Origin: Candidatus Odoribacter faecigallinarum
GTDB lineage: Bacteria; Bacteroidota; Bacteroidia; Bacteroidales; Marinifilaceae
Direction of reading: 5' to 3'
Assembly (NCBI GenBank): GCA_019114285.1
Contig: DXFT01000021.1
Span: 1 to 58,377 of the forward strand
DNA length: 58,377 bases
The stretch's first letter is position 1, and each line of letters starts with the position of its first letter. Both the position numbers and the translations under genes were made by a program. The notes under the pieces are model-generated. The model was not told where the DNA came from and did not search any database. It worked only from the letters and a program-made list of their open reading frames with translations. This document shows, in pieces, positions 29,129-38,498 of the stretch.

Positions 29129-30352
29129 ATGAAATCTATACGAGAAATTTATAATATCGGTTACGGTCCTTCTTCCAGCCATACGATGGGTCCAAGCCGT
29201 GCAGCCAAGTTCTTTAATGAGAAGCATGGTGAAGTGGAGCGGGTGCGTGTGACCTTGTATGGCAGCCTTGCCTTGACGGGGAAGGGGCATGGTACGGATA
29301 CGGCAATCTTGAAAGTCATGTCCCATCCGGAGCGGACGGAGATTGTATGGCAGCCGGATGTGACTTTGCCAAAGCATCCGAATGGCATGTTGTTTGAAGC
29401 CTTTCAGAATGGTGAACTGTTAGACAGTTGGACTGTTTATAGTATCGGTGGGGGTGCCTTATGGGATGAAATAGGTACGTTTGACGGGGGAGAGGTATAT
29501 CCTCACACTACCATGGAAGAAGTCATGAATTGGTGTATAGAGGAGGGATGTACGTTTGTCGATTATGTGGAGAAATATGAAGGGAAGTCACTTTATCCCC
29601 ATTTGGAGTTAGTATGGCAGCGGATGCAGGAGTCTGTGGAGCGGGGAATGAGGACTGAAGGCGTGTTGCCGGGGGCGTTGAAACTGGCCCGGAAGGCAAG
29701 TTCTTATAATATCAAGGCAATGCAATCGACGGGTTCTTCCCGTCCGATGGGAATGCTTTTTGCAGCAGCTTTGGCGGTTTCGGAGGAGAATGCAGGTGGC
29801 GGGTGTGTCGTGACGGCTCCGACTTGCGGGGCTTCGGGGGTGTTGCCTGCAGTGATGTATTTTATGAAGCATGACCAGAAGATGCCGGATTACCGTATTA
29901 TCCGTGGTTTGATGACGGCAGGATTGATAGGTAATATCGTCAAGAGCAATGGTTCGATTTCAGGTGCTGAGGTGGGGTGCCAGGGCGAATTGGGGACGGC
30001 TTGTGCAATGGCTGCCGGTGCTGCTACACAAATATGGGGAGGAACACCGCGTCAGATTGAGTATGCCGCAGAAATGGGCTTTGAGCATAATTTAGGATTG
30101 ACCTGTGACCCCGTGTTGGGGTATGTACAGATTCCCTGTATTGAACGGAATGCTTTTGTGGCACAGAAAGCAAGAGAGGCAGCTCTTTATGCCCTTTATT
30201 CGGACGGGCAACACATGGTGTCCTTTGATGAGGTGGTGAAGACGATGGTGGAAACGGGGCTTGACATGCAGGCGAAATACCGTGAGACCAGTTTGGGCGG
30301 TTTGGCTTCTGTGTGTATGAAGAAGTTGAACAGTAGACAAAGTAAGAAATAG
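29129..30352 (+). CDS. sdaA: L-serine ammonia-lyase, Fe-S dependent, single chain
   Basis: GPSSSHTMGP, LYGSLALTGKGHGTD, SISGAEVGCQGE, GLTCDP, RETSLGGLA. Confidence 0.93.
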   Translation: MKSIREIYNIGYGPSSSHTMGPSRAAKFFNEKHGEVERVRVTLYGSLALTGKGHGTDTAILKVMSHPERTEIVWQPDVTLPKHPNGMLFEAFQNGELLDSWTVYSIGGGALWDEIGTFDGGEVYPHTTMEEVMNWCIEEGCTFVDYVEKYEGKSLYPHLELVWQRMQESVERGMRTEGVLPGALKLARKASSYNIKAMQSTGSSRPMGMLFAAALAVSEENAGGGCVVTAPTCGASGVLPAVMYFMKHDQKMPDYRIIRGLMTAGLIGNIVKSNGSISGAEVGCQGELGTACAMAAGAATQIWGGTPRQIEYAAEMGFEHNLGLTCDPVLGYVQIPCIERNAFVAQKAREAALYALYSDGQHMVSFDEVVKTMVETGLDMQAKYRETSLGGLASVCMKKLNSRQSKK

Positions 30353-30373
30353 AAAAGATAAAATACATGGATT

Positions 30374-31711
30374 ATGAAAGAATCTCTCAAATTTGATTGC
30401 AGTAAAATTTTCCATTTTGCTAATGAAAGCGAGGTGGGGGCATTATCCACTCAGGCACATGAGGCTTTTAAGGCATTACGGGAAGGAACTTGCCCGGGGA
30501 ATGATTTTTTAGGTTGGATGGATTTGCCTGTTCAAATGACAGAAGCAGAAATTGCTGACATTGGGAAGACAGCTGCTGATTTGCGGACTCGTACCCAGGT
30601 GATGGTGGTCATTGGCATCGGTGGTTCCTATTTGGGGGCACGGGCGGTCATAGAGGCTCTTTCCAATAGTTTCCATTATTATGGTCCGGCGTCCATGAAA
30701 GTGATATTCGCCGGGCATAATATCAGTGAAGACTATTATCATGAGTTGGAAGCATATCTGCAGGACAAGGAATTTGGAATCTGTGTGGTGTCCAAGTCGG
30801 GAACTACGACAGAGCCGGCGATAGCCTTCCGCCTTTTGCGGGAGCTATTGGAGCAAAAAGTAGGGCGTGACGAAGCTGGCAGGCGTATTGTCGCCATTAC
30901 GGATGCAAGCAAGGGGGCATTGCGCACTTTGGCTGACCGGGAAGGTTATAAGACTTTTGTTATTCCTGATAATGTAGGCGGGCGTTTTTCAGTGCTGACT
31001 CCTGTAGGGCTGTTGCCGATTGCGATAGCCGGTTTTGATATTCGGGAATTGTTGAAGGGGGCTGCCGAGATGCGTGTCCAATGTATGGAAAGAGAGGGAA
31101 ATATTGCGATGGAGTATGCGATGGCGCGTACAACTTTGTACCGTAAAGGGTACGTGGTGGAACTTTTGGCGAATTTCCATCCCAAATTGCATTATATGAC
31201 CGAATGGTGGAAACAACTTTATGGAGAGAGCGAAGGCAAGGAACATAAAGGCATTTTCCCTGCCGGTGTAGATTTTACGACCGATTTGCATTCCATGGGA
31301 CAATATATCCAGGATGGCAGGAGAATGTTGATGGAGACTGTAATTAGTGTAGGAAGAGCAGAACATGAGGTGGTTATCCCACATGACGGGGATAATTTGG
31401 ATAAATTGAATTTCCTTGCCGGTAAACGGGTGGACGAGGTAAACAAAATGGCAGAATTGGGAACAAGGCTTGCGCATGTGGACGGTGGTGTGCCCAATAT
31501 GCAAATCTTCCTGCCTGCCTTGAATGCTTTTTATCTGGGACAGCTGATATATTTCTTTGAGTTGGCGTGTGGCATATCCGGGAATTTGTTGCGGGTGAAT
31601 GCTTTTGACCAGCCGGGAGTTGAGGCTTACAAGAATAACATGTTTGCTTTGTTGGATAAACCGGGGTACGAGGAGGCTTCCAAAGCAATTAAAGAAAAAT
31701 TGAAAGTGTAA
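30374..31711 (+). CDS. pgi: Glucose-6-phosphate isomerase
   Basis: [40 protein letters not shown]. Confidence 0.97.
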   Translation: MKESLKFDCSKIFHFANESEVGALSTQAHEAFKALREGTCPGNDFLGWMDLPVQMTEAEIADIGKTAADLRTRTQVMVVIGIGGSYLGARAVIEALSNSFHYYGPASMKVIFAGHNISEDYYHELEAYLQDKEFGICVVSKSGTTTEPAIAFRLLRELLEQKVGRDEAGRRIVAITDASKGALRTLADREGYKTFVIPDNVGGRFSVLTPVGLLPIAIAGFDIRELLKGAAEMRVQCMEREGNIAMEYAMARTTLYRKGYVVELLANFHPKLHYMTEWWKQLYGESEGKEHKGIFPAGVDFTTDLHSMGQYIQDGRRMLMETVISVGRAEHEVVIPHDGDNLDKLNFLAGKRVDEVNKMAELGTRLAHVDGGVPNMQIFLPALNAFYLGQLIYFFELACGISGNLLRVNAFDQPGVEAYKNNMFALLDKPGYEEASKAIKEKLKV

Positions 31712-31721
31712 GTTTGAGAAT

Positions 31722-32009
31722 ATGAAAGGACAGGTTTTGACATTACACCGTTGTATATATTTCTCGGCATGGAGCCAAAAGGGGTATGCGATTTTTGCCG
31801 GTTTGGGAAAAGAGGTGAGAATCTCCCCCTTGTCGCTTTACATGTTCGGTATGGTGCTGTTGAAATCTGCCTTGAAAGGAATTATAGTCAATACGGACAA
31901 GGTGGCGGAAATGGTGGGGCTTTCCCTCCTGAAAGAAGAAATGGAGGCTTGTATGTGGAGAAGCAAGGGAGAGGTGTGCCCGTTATTGAACATGAGATTT
32001 AATTTATAG
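31722..32009 (+). CDS. Small hypothetical protein upstream of bioB, candidate leader peptide
   Basis: 95-aa ORF filling the pgi-bioB gap; FSAWSQKGYAIFAGLGKEVRI segment. Confidence 0.65.
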   Translation: MKGQVLTLHRCIYFSAWSQKGYAIFAGLGKEVRISPLSLYMFGMVLLKSALKGIIVNTDKVAEMVGLSLLKEEMEACMWRSKGEVCPLLNMRFNL

Positions 32010-32011
32010 TC

Positions 32012-32053
32012 AAAAGGGATATGCTGTTTGAGGCAGTGTATCCCTTTTCATTT
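32012..32053 (+). terminator. Terminator-like hairpin between the small ORF and bioB
   Basis: AAAAGGGATATGCTG-TTTGAGG-CAGTGTATCCCTTTT, a 15-bp stem with two G-U pairs, ending in TTTTCATTT. Confidence 0.75.
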
Positions 32054-32063
32054 GAGAAATAGT

Positions 32064-33023
32064 ATGATTGAAAATTTGAAAAAAAAAGTGCTTGCCGGCG
32101 GGCAGATTTCCGGAGAAGAAGCCTTGGCGTTGTCACATTGCGGGACAAAAAAGGAATTGTATCAAGCGGCAGGGGAAATTCGTGATAAGTTGGCAGGAAG
32201 GGGATTTGACCTTTGTGCCATAATAAACGCTCGTTCGGGTCGGTGCCCGGAAAATTGCAAGTGGTGCGCGCAATCTGCTTTTTTCAAAACCAACATAGAG
32301 GAATATGATTTGGTGGATGAAAGCACTTGTTTTAAGGTGGCTGATATGAACGGGAAATACGGGGTTGGGAAATTTTCCTTTGTGACCAGCGGGAGGACAT
32401 TGTCCGACCGGAATATAGACCGGATATGTGAGTATGCACGGGAACTTGGCGTGAGGTATCCGGGCATGCATTTGTGTGCGTCGATGGGACTGTTGAAGAA
32501 AGAGCAGTTGCAGCGTTTGAAAGAGGCGGGAATCCGGCGTTACCATTGCAATCTGGAGACATCGGCACAGTATTTTCCTAATTTGTGTACAACACATACG
32601 ACAGAAGAGAAAATTGCGACTATACGGGCAGCCCGGGAAATTGGCATGGAAGTTTGTTCCGGAGGAATTATTGGCATGGGGGAAAGCATGCAGGACCGGA
32701 TAGACATGGCATTATTATTGCGGGATTTGGGAATAACTTCCATTCCATTGAATGTGTTGAGTCCCATTCCGGGAACTCCTTTGGAAAACATGCCCCCCCT
32801 TTCAGACGAGGAAGTCCTGACAACAATAGCTGTTTTCCGATTTATCCATCCCAAGGCGTATTTGCGTTTCGCGGGGGGGAGGAAATTGATTGCACATATT
32901 GAGGAGGAAGCCATTGGAGCAGGCATTAATGCTGCCATTGTGGGCGATTTGTTGACCACGGTGGGGTCGAAAGTGGCGGAAGATATGGAAAAAGTAAAGA
33001 AATTAGGTTTTACAATACAATAA
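32064..33023 (+). CDS. bioB: Biotin synthase
   Basis: Radical SAM CPENCKWCAQS, YHCNLET, VCSGGIIGMGE, LRFAGGR. Confidence 0.95.
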   Translation: MIENLKKKVLAGGQISGEEALALSHCGTKKELYQAAGEIRDKLAGRGFDLCAIINARSGRCPENCKWCAQSAFFKTNIEEYDLVDESTCFKVADMNGKYGVGKFSFVTSGRTLSDRNIDRICEYARELGVRYPGMHLCASMGLLKKEQLQRLKEAGIRRYHCNLETSAQYFPNLCTTHTTEEKIATIRAAREIGMEVCSGGIIGMGESMQDRIDMALLLRDLGITSIPLNVLSPIPGTPLENMPPLSDEEVLTTIAVFRFIHPKAYLRFAGGRKLIAHIEEEAIGAGINAAIVGDLLTTVGSKVAEDMEKVKKLGFTIQ

Positions 33024-33041
33024 ATCATAAACCAGATAGTT

Positions 33042-34325
33042 ATGAATACGATAGAGCAGATGTTAGAATTTGATAAAGAGCATATATGGCATCCTTATAC
33101 TTCGACAATAGACCCGTTGCCCGTATTTCCGGTAAAACGGGCTGAAGGCGTTTATATTGAATTGGAAGACGGGCGTCGGTTGATAGACGGCATGTCCTCT
33201 TGGTGGTGTGTCATTCACGGTTATAACCATCCGGTGCTGAATGAGGCTGTCCGCAAACAAATAGAGCAAATGTCACACGTTATGTTTGGGGGATTTACAC
33301 ACCGTCCGGCAGTAGAATTGGCAGAAAAAGTGCTCGGGATGGCTCCCCAAGGGATGAATAAGATATTTTATTCCGATTCAGGTTCTGTGGCGGTGGAAGT
33401 TGCCATGAAAATGGCATTGCAATACTGGAATGCGGCAGGAAAGCCGGAGAAGCAACATTTCATGACCATTACTAAAGGTTACCACGGCGATACATGGAAT
33501 GCCATGTCTGTATGTGACCCCGTGACCGGCATGCATAGCCTGTTTGCAGGGATATTGCCGGTGCAATATTTTGTCAACCGTCCGGAACGCCGTTTTGGGG
33601 AAGCATGCGGGGAAGAGGATTTTAAGGAATTGCGTGACTGTTTTGAAGCGCATCACAAAGACATGGCGGCGGTAATCCTTGAGCCGATTGTCCAGGGGGC
33701 TGGCGGCATGTGGTTTTATTCGGCGGATTACTTAAAGGAAGTGCGGCGCTTGTGTGACCATTACGGCGTGTTGTTGGTCTGTGATGAGATAGCTACCGGA
33801 TTCGGGCGGACTGGAAAATTATGGGCAGTGGAACATGCGGGTATTGTGCCTGACATCATGTGCATCGGCAAAGCCATTACGGGCGGTTACATGAGCTTTG
33901 CCGCTACAATGGCGACGGATGCAGTTGCGGAGATGATATGCTCTCAAAATCCTTTTGTTTTTATGCACGGACCTACTTTTATGGGCAATCCTTTGGCGTG
34001 TGCCGTGGCATGTGCCTCTATCGATTTATTGAAGACATACGATTTGGAGAAAATGATAGGTGGCATAGAAAGCCAGTTGAGAAGGGAACTTGCACCTGCG
34101 GCAGCCTGTCCGCAAGTAAAGGATGTTCGTGTGCTCGGGGCAATTGGTGTTTTGGAAATGAAGGAACCGGTCAATATGGGTGTCTTGCAGGCGCAATTTG
34201 TGGAGAAAGGCATTTGGTTACGTCCTTTTGGCAAGTTGGTATATGTAATGCCGCCTTTTGTTATCCGGCAGGATGAATTGACCCGTTTGACAACCGGATT
34301 GTTGGAAATTGTACAAACAATTTGA
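33042..34325 (+). CDS. bioA: Adenosylmethionine--8-amino-7-oxononanoate transaminase
   Basis: [46 protein letters not shown]. Confidence 0.96.
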   Translation: MNTIEQMLEFDKEHIWHPYTSTIDPLPVFPVKRAEGVYIELEDGRRLIDGMSSWWCVIHGYNHPVLNEAVRKQIEQMSHVMFGGFTHRPAVELAEKVLGMAPQGMNKIFYSDSGSVAVEVAMKMALQYWNAAGKPEKQHFMTITKGYHGDTWNAMSVCDPVTGMHSLFAGILPVQYFVNRPERRFGEACGEEDFKELRDCFEAHHKDMAAVILEPIVQGAGGMWFYSADYLKEVRRLCDHYGVLLVCDEIATGFGRTGKLWAVEHAGIVPDIMCIGKAITGGYMSFAATMATDAVAEMICSQNPFVFMHGPTFMGNPLACAVACASIDLLKTYDLEKMIGGIESQLRRELAPAAACPQVKDVRVLGAIGVLEMKEPVNMGVLQAQFVEKGIWLRPFGKLVYVMPPFVIRQDELTRLTTGLLEIVQTI

Positions 34326-34333
34326 CCTTTTAT

Positions 34334-35491
34334 ATGGATAGGGAATATTATATTAAGAAATTGAATACCATTAAAGAAGCCGGGAATTACAGGGTATTGA
34401 GAAATATAGAACATAATGGTTTCTTGGTGCATGTCGATGGGAAAGAAATGTTGAATCTTTCTTCCAACGACTATTTGGGGTTGGCAAGCAATCCGCGTTT
34501 GGCAGAGGAGTTCCGTTTGGAAATGGATACGGCTGCATACGGATACAGCGCCGTGTCATCCCGTTTGCTTTCCGGTAATCACCAATATTATAAAATGCTG
34601 GAAGATGATTTGAGTGATTGGTATGGCAAAGAGGCGGCTTTGGTCTTTAATTCGGGGTACCATGCTAATATTGGTATATTGCCGGCATTGAGCAGGAAAC
34701 ATGATTTGGTCATTGCCGATAAACTGGTCCATGCCAGTATCATTGACGGATTGCGTTTGTGCGAGGCGGAGATGATGCGTTACCGTCACTTGGATTACGA
34801 ACACTTGCGGAGCCTGTTGTTGCAACATCGGGAAGAATATGGGAACGTGTTTATCGTGACTGAATCCATCTTCAGTATGGATGGGGATATAGCTGACTTG
34901 CAGCAATTATGTGAAATCAAGAAAGAGTTTGATGCTTTCCTTTATGTCGATGAGGCTCATGCCGTGGGAGTGCGTGGCACAAACGGGCTGGGGTGCTGTG
35001 AAGAGCAGGGATGCATGGAGGATATAGACTTCATCGTGGGGACCTTTGGCAAGGCATTTGCTTCCATGGGCGCGTTTGTTGTTTGTGAAGATTTATTCCG
35101 GGATTACCTGGTGAATACGCAGCGTAGCCTGATATTTACGACAGCCCTCCCTCCGGTGAATGTGGCGTGGACGCGGTTTATATTAAACCGGATGCCGGAT
35201 TTCTATGACTTGCGGATAAAACTTGCCGGCATTTCCCGAAAGTTGAGGGAAATATTGGTAGCTAAGGGGTTTGAGACGCGAGGGGATTCCCATATCGTGC
35301 CCATGATTTGCGGTTCCAATGAGAATAGTGTGGAAATGGCAGGTCTTTTGCAAGATAACGGGTTCTTTGCTTTGCCGGTACGTTATCCGACAGTCCCGAA
35401 AAACGAGGCACGTATCCGCTTTTCACTGAATGCTTCCATTGGTATGGAGGATTATGAATGCTTGTTTGAATTTCTGGAGTGTCTTGAATAA
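34334..35491 (+). CDS. bioF: 8-amino-7-oxononanoate synthase
   Basis: SSNDYLGL, SGYHAN, HASIIDG, VDEAHA, GTFGKA. Confidence 0.94.
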   Translation: MDREYYIKKLNTIKEAGNYRVLRNIEHNGFLVHVDGKEMLNLSSNDYLGLASNPRLAEEFRLEMDTAAYGYSAVSSRLLSGNHQYYKMLEDDLSDWYGKEAALVFNSGYHANIGILPALSRKHDLVIADKLVHASIIDGLRLCEAEMMRYRHLDYEHLRSLLLQHREEYGNVFIVTESIFSMDGDIADLQQLCEIKKEFDAFLYVDEAHAVGVRGTNGLGCCEEQGCMEDIDFIVGTFGKAFASMGAFVVCEDLFRDYLVNTQRSLIFTTALPPVNVAWTRFILNRMPDFYDLRIKLAGISRKLREILVAKGFETRGDSHIVPMICGSNENSVEMAGLLQDNGFFALPVRYPTVPKNEARIRFSLNASIGMEDYECLFEFLECLE

Positions 35492-35502
35492 TGCGGTAGG
35501 AT

Positions 35503-36162
35503 ATGCAGGCTGAATGGTTGAAAAAGAAAGGGAATGGGACTTTGGTTCTTTTCTTTAACGGTTGGGGGATGGAGCCGTGGGTTGTGGGGCATTTGAAAGG
35601 GGAGGAAGATATACTTGCCTTTTCGGATTACCGTACCTTGGAGATAGAGGAAGAGGCATTGCGCGGGGTGGATAACTATGCCCGGGTTTATGTCGTTGCC
35701 TGGTCTATGGGAGTTTGGGCAGCTGCCAATGTCCTCCGGAACTGGGCGTTGCCTTTGCGGGGGACTGTGGCATTGAACGGGACGGAACGTCCTGTTGACG
35801 ATACAGTTGGAATCCCTGAAAAAGTCTATCTGTTGACGGAACGCGGCATGAATCCCCGGGGACGGGAGCGGTTTGTTGCCCGCATGTTGGGTGATGCGGA
35901 GGAAAAAGAACGTTTTAAGGCGCATCCTTTGTGCCGGGAATTGCCTGAATTGTGCGAAGAATTGGTTAAGATACGGGAACAGTGTGCTGTCGCGCGGCAG
36001 GTGTGGACCTGGGACAAGGTATATATATCCCGGCAGGATGTCATCTTTCCTCCGGACAACCAGCAGCATTGGTGGGACGGCAGGGCGAAAGAAATACGCT
36101 TCCTGCCGGGTGCGCATTATCCGTTTTATCATTTTCAGTCCTGGGAGGAAATATTGTCATGA
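35503..36162 (+). CDS. bioG: DUF452 / BioG-type pimeloyl-ACP methyl ester esterase
   Basis: LFFNGWGM, AWSMG nucleophile elbow, D..F, terminal HYPF; lies between bioF and bioC. Confidence 0.8.
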   Translation: MQAEWLKKKGNGTLVLFFNGWGMEPWVVGHLKGEEDILAFSDYRTLEIEEEALRGVDNYARVYVVAWSMGVWAAANVLRNWALPLRGTVALNGTERPVDDTVGIPEKVYLLTERGMNPRGRERFVARMLGDAEEKERFKAHPLCRELPELCEELVKIREQCAVARQVWTWDKVYISRQDVIFPPDNQQHWWDGRAKEIRFLPGAHYPFYHFQSWEEILS

Positions 36163-36923
36163 CCGCGATAGACAAAGCCAAGGTGGCATGCTGTTTTGGG
36201 AAAAGCGTGGAAAGCTATGAACAGCATGCGCATGTGCAAAAAGAGATAGCCGCCCATTTGGCTGGGCTTGCCGGGGACTATGTCAAGCCTTTGCCGGCAA
36301 AAGTGTTGGAAGTAGGGTGTGGGACAGGTTTGCTGACCGGTTCAATCAAGCGTTTGTGGATAGGTTGTGATTTGTGGATAAATGATTTGGTGGAAGGCAT
36401 GTGCATGAAGTCGGCAGCGCGTTTCTGCATTCCTGCTTCGCATTGCCTGGTTGGGGATATAGAGGAAATTCCCTTGCCCGGCAACATGGATTGCCTTTTG
36501 TCTGCTTCCGTATTTCAATGGTTGTCACACCCGCAGGCGACTTATGCACGTTTGGCGGAGAGCCTTTCTGCCGGCGGTTGGCTGGTGTTCAGTACGTTTG
36601 GGGAGGATAATTGCCTTGAATTGCGGGAAGTCTCGGGGACAGGTTTGCCCTATCTTCAAAAAGAAGAGACCATTGCCATGCTTTCCGGACATTTCCAGGT
36701 TATCCATGTCGAGGAAGAACACCGCCGGCTTTATTTCCCGGATGCAGTGCAGGTGTTGAAACATATCAAGCAGACCGGGGTAAACGGTCTTGCCGGTTCC
36801 CAAATTTGGACACGTGGGAAATTGCAGGATTTCTCGGCGCGTTATGCCCGCCTTTTTGCTTGTGACGGCATGTTGCCCCTTACGTATCATCCCCGCTACT
36901 TTGTTTGCCGGAAACGTCAATAG
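36159..36923 (+). CDS. bioC: Malonyl-ACP O-methyltransferase
   Basis: VLEVGCGTG SAM motif, FQW, FSTFG, TGVN, LTY; ATGA overlap with the upstream stop. Confidence 0.88.
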   Translation: MTAIDKAKVACCFGKSVESYEQHAHVQKEIAAHLAGLAGDYVKPLPAKVLEVGCGTGLLTGSIKRLWIGCDLWINDLVEGMCMKSAARFCIPASHCLVGDIEEIPLPGNMDCLLSASVFQWLSHPQATYARLAESLSAGGWLVFSTFGEDNCLELREVSGTGLPYLQKEETIAMLSGHFQVIHVEEEHRRLYFPDAVQVLKHIKQTGVNGLAGSQIWTRGKLQDFSARYARLFACDGMLPLTYHPRYFVCRKRQ

Positions 36924-37068
36924 CCTTGAAATTTACCATTGGCAGGAGAAAAAGCAGACGTGTTTATAGATAATCAAATCAATATTCCATCTGTTTAGGG
37001 GACACACCGGTTTCCCTGCTAAAAATTCCCCCTCCCTCCCCCAATGCCAATGAGAGGAAGAAGGGGGA

Positions 37069-37140
37069 TAAATCGGAGTTGAAACGGCTTTGATACGGGA
37101 ACAGACCGTGAACACAACGGGAATAGATTCTGAATATATT
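37069..37140. repeat. Degenerate 11-bp-periodic array
   Basis: CG at 37074, 37085, 37096, 37107, 37118; GAA at 37099, 37110, 37121, 37132. Confidence 0.7.
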
Positions 37141-37164
37141 GGAAGACAATGATATGGAAATAAA

Positions 37165-37201
37165 TGAAAACAGCCGTGCCCCTATTGCAAGCACGGCTGT
37201 T
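37165..37201 (-). terminator. Terminator of the 37220-38377 gene
   Basis: AACAGCCGTGC / GCACGGCTGTT stem with a T-run on the minus strand. Confidence 0.7.
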
Positions 37202-37219
37202 GTTATTGGGGTCGTTTTT

Positions 37220-38377
37220 TTATTTTACCCAGACGTTGATGATTTCACCGATGAACATTTTGTGCGGTTCTGCGCCCCACTTTTCTCTGGCTGCCGGGTC
37301 GAGGATGGCTTCCGGGGTGAATTGTTGTTCCACCATCTTTTTGCATTCAATAATCAGCCATGCTTCGGAAAATGCCTTGCTGCCGTTGGGCGTGGTGATG
37401 GGGGTCAGTCCGGAGCCTTGCACTTTGTTGCCGTCCTTTCCGCTGTGCGTGCCGCAATAATTCAGGGCATCGCGGTAGGCTTCCGTGTAGAAGCTCAAAG
37501 TATAGGTGTCTTTGCTTTCCATGAAGTTGATGGTGTAGCGGGTGGGATTGATAAAGCAGAATGCCACGGGTTTGTTGTAGAGGTGTCCCAGACCGCCCCA
37601 GCTGGCAGTCATCATGTTGAATCCATTGTCATTGCCTGCTGTGATGAGCATCCAGTTTTCGGAGAGCATTTTGTAGATGTTGCCGGGTATTTTGTCCGGG
37701 CTGATTTGCCTGTACCCTTCGAGGTTGCTGGCAGTCGCGGTGGATTGGACCGGTTCTGTTGCAGTGGGGACAGAGACTGCCGGTTGGGCGGAAGTGGTTA
37801 CGGGAGTTCCTGAATGGGCGGCAGCTGCCAAAGTTTCGCTGGCACTGTCGAATATTTCATTGACCATGTCAATGGTATGGGTACGGAATTTTCCGGTCGC
37901 CTTGATGAGTTTGTCTTTTTTCTTGTTGAAGCAGTATTCATCCGTGATTTGTTCTTCTGCCGGAATAATGTCTTGTTTGTCCCCAACGTTATAGAGGTAA
38001 CGTATGGTGGATATTTTCAGGTTGCATTGTCCCGGCTGGCAGGTGATGATTAACTGGTAATTGACTGTAGCCCGGTCAAGCGCCAGCGCCTTGTCGGTGA
38101 AAACAAGGTATTGTTGCCCGAGGCAAGCAATTTGCCCTTCTGCCTTGTCGGAAAAGAGCACCCGGCTTTGGAGGTCGTCTTTGGCGATAAAGCGTTCGTT
38201 TGCCCATTGCAGGATGCGGTTGAAAATGTCATCCTGGCTGGCTCCGGTGACCTGGATGTTTTTTGTAAATACGACTTTCCCGTTTTCTACAGGTACTTTC
38301 CCTGCGTCATATCTAGGGTCTATTTGAGCGTGCAATAGCCCTGGAATGAATAATAAAATAAAAAATAATCGTTTCAT
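37220..38377 (-). CDS. Exported DUF4468-like domain fused to a flavin-reductase-like domain
   Basis: Signal peptide; YDAGKVPVENGKVVF N-domain; Ala/Thr/Pro linker; WMLITAG, NMMTASWGG, GTHSGKD, HKMFIGEI C-domain. Confidence 0.75.
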   Translation of the reverse strand: MKRLFFILLFIPGLLHAQIDPRYDAGKVPVENGKVVFTKNIQVTGASQDDIFNRILQWANERFIAKDDLQSRVLFSDKAEGQIACLGQQYLVFTDKALALDRATVNYQLIITCQPGQCNLKISTIRYLYNVGDKQDIIPAEEQITDEYCFNKKKDKLIKATGKFRTHTIDMVNEIFDSASETLAAAAHSGTPVTTSAQPAVSVPTATEPVQSTATASNLEGYRQISPDKIPGNIYKMLSENWMLITAGNDNGFNMMTASWGGLGHLYNKPVAFCFINPTRYTINFMESKDTYTLSFYTEAYRDALNYCGTHSGKDGNKVQGSGLTPITTPNGSKAFSEAWLIIECKKMVEQQFTPEAILDPAAREKWGAEPHKMFIGEIINVWVK

Positions 38378-38498
38378 ACTATTTGAATTTTAGTTGTTTG
38401 AACAAAGTTAGGGGTTGTATTTGGATTTTCATAGAATTTTCATGGAAAAAATTCTTTATCTTTGCAAATATTTTTGCGATAGGCAAAAGAATAGAGAT

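Noticed and set aside
31751-32002. Alternative 83-aa ORF overlapping the bioB leader
   Set aside because: Lacks the recognisable motif and a convincing start; the 31722 frame fills the gap better
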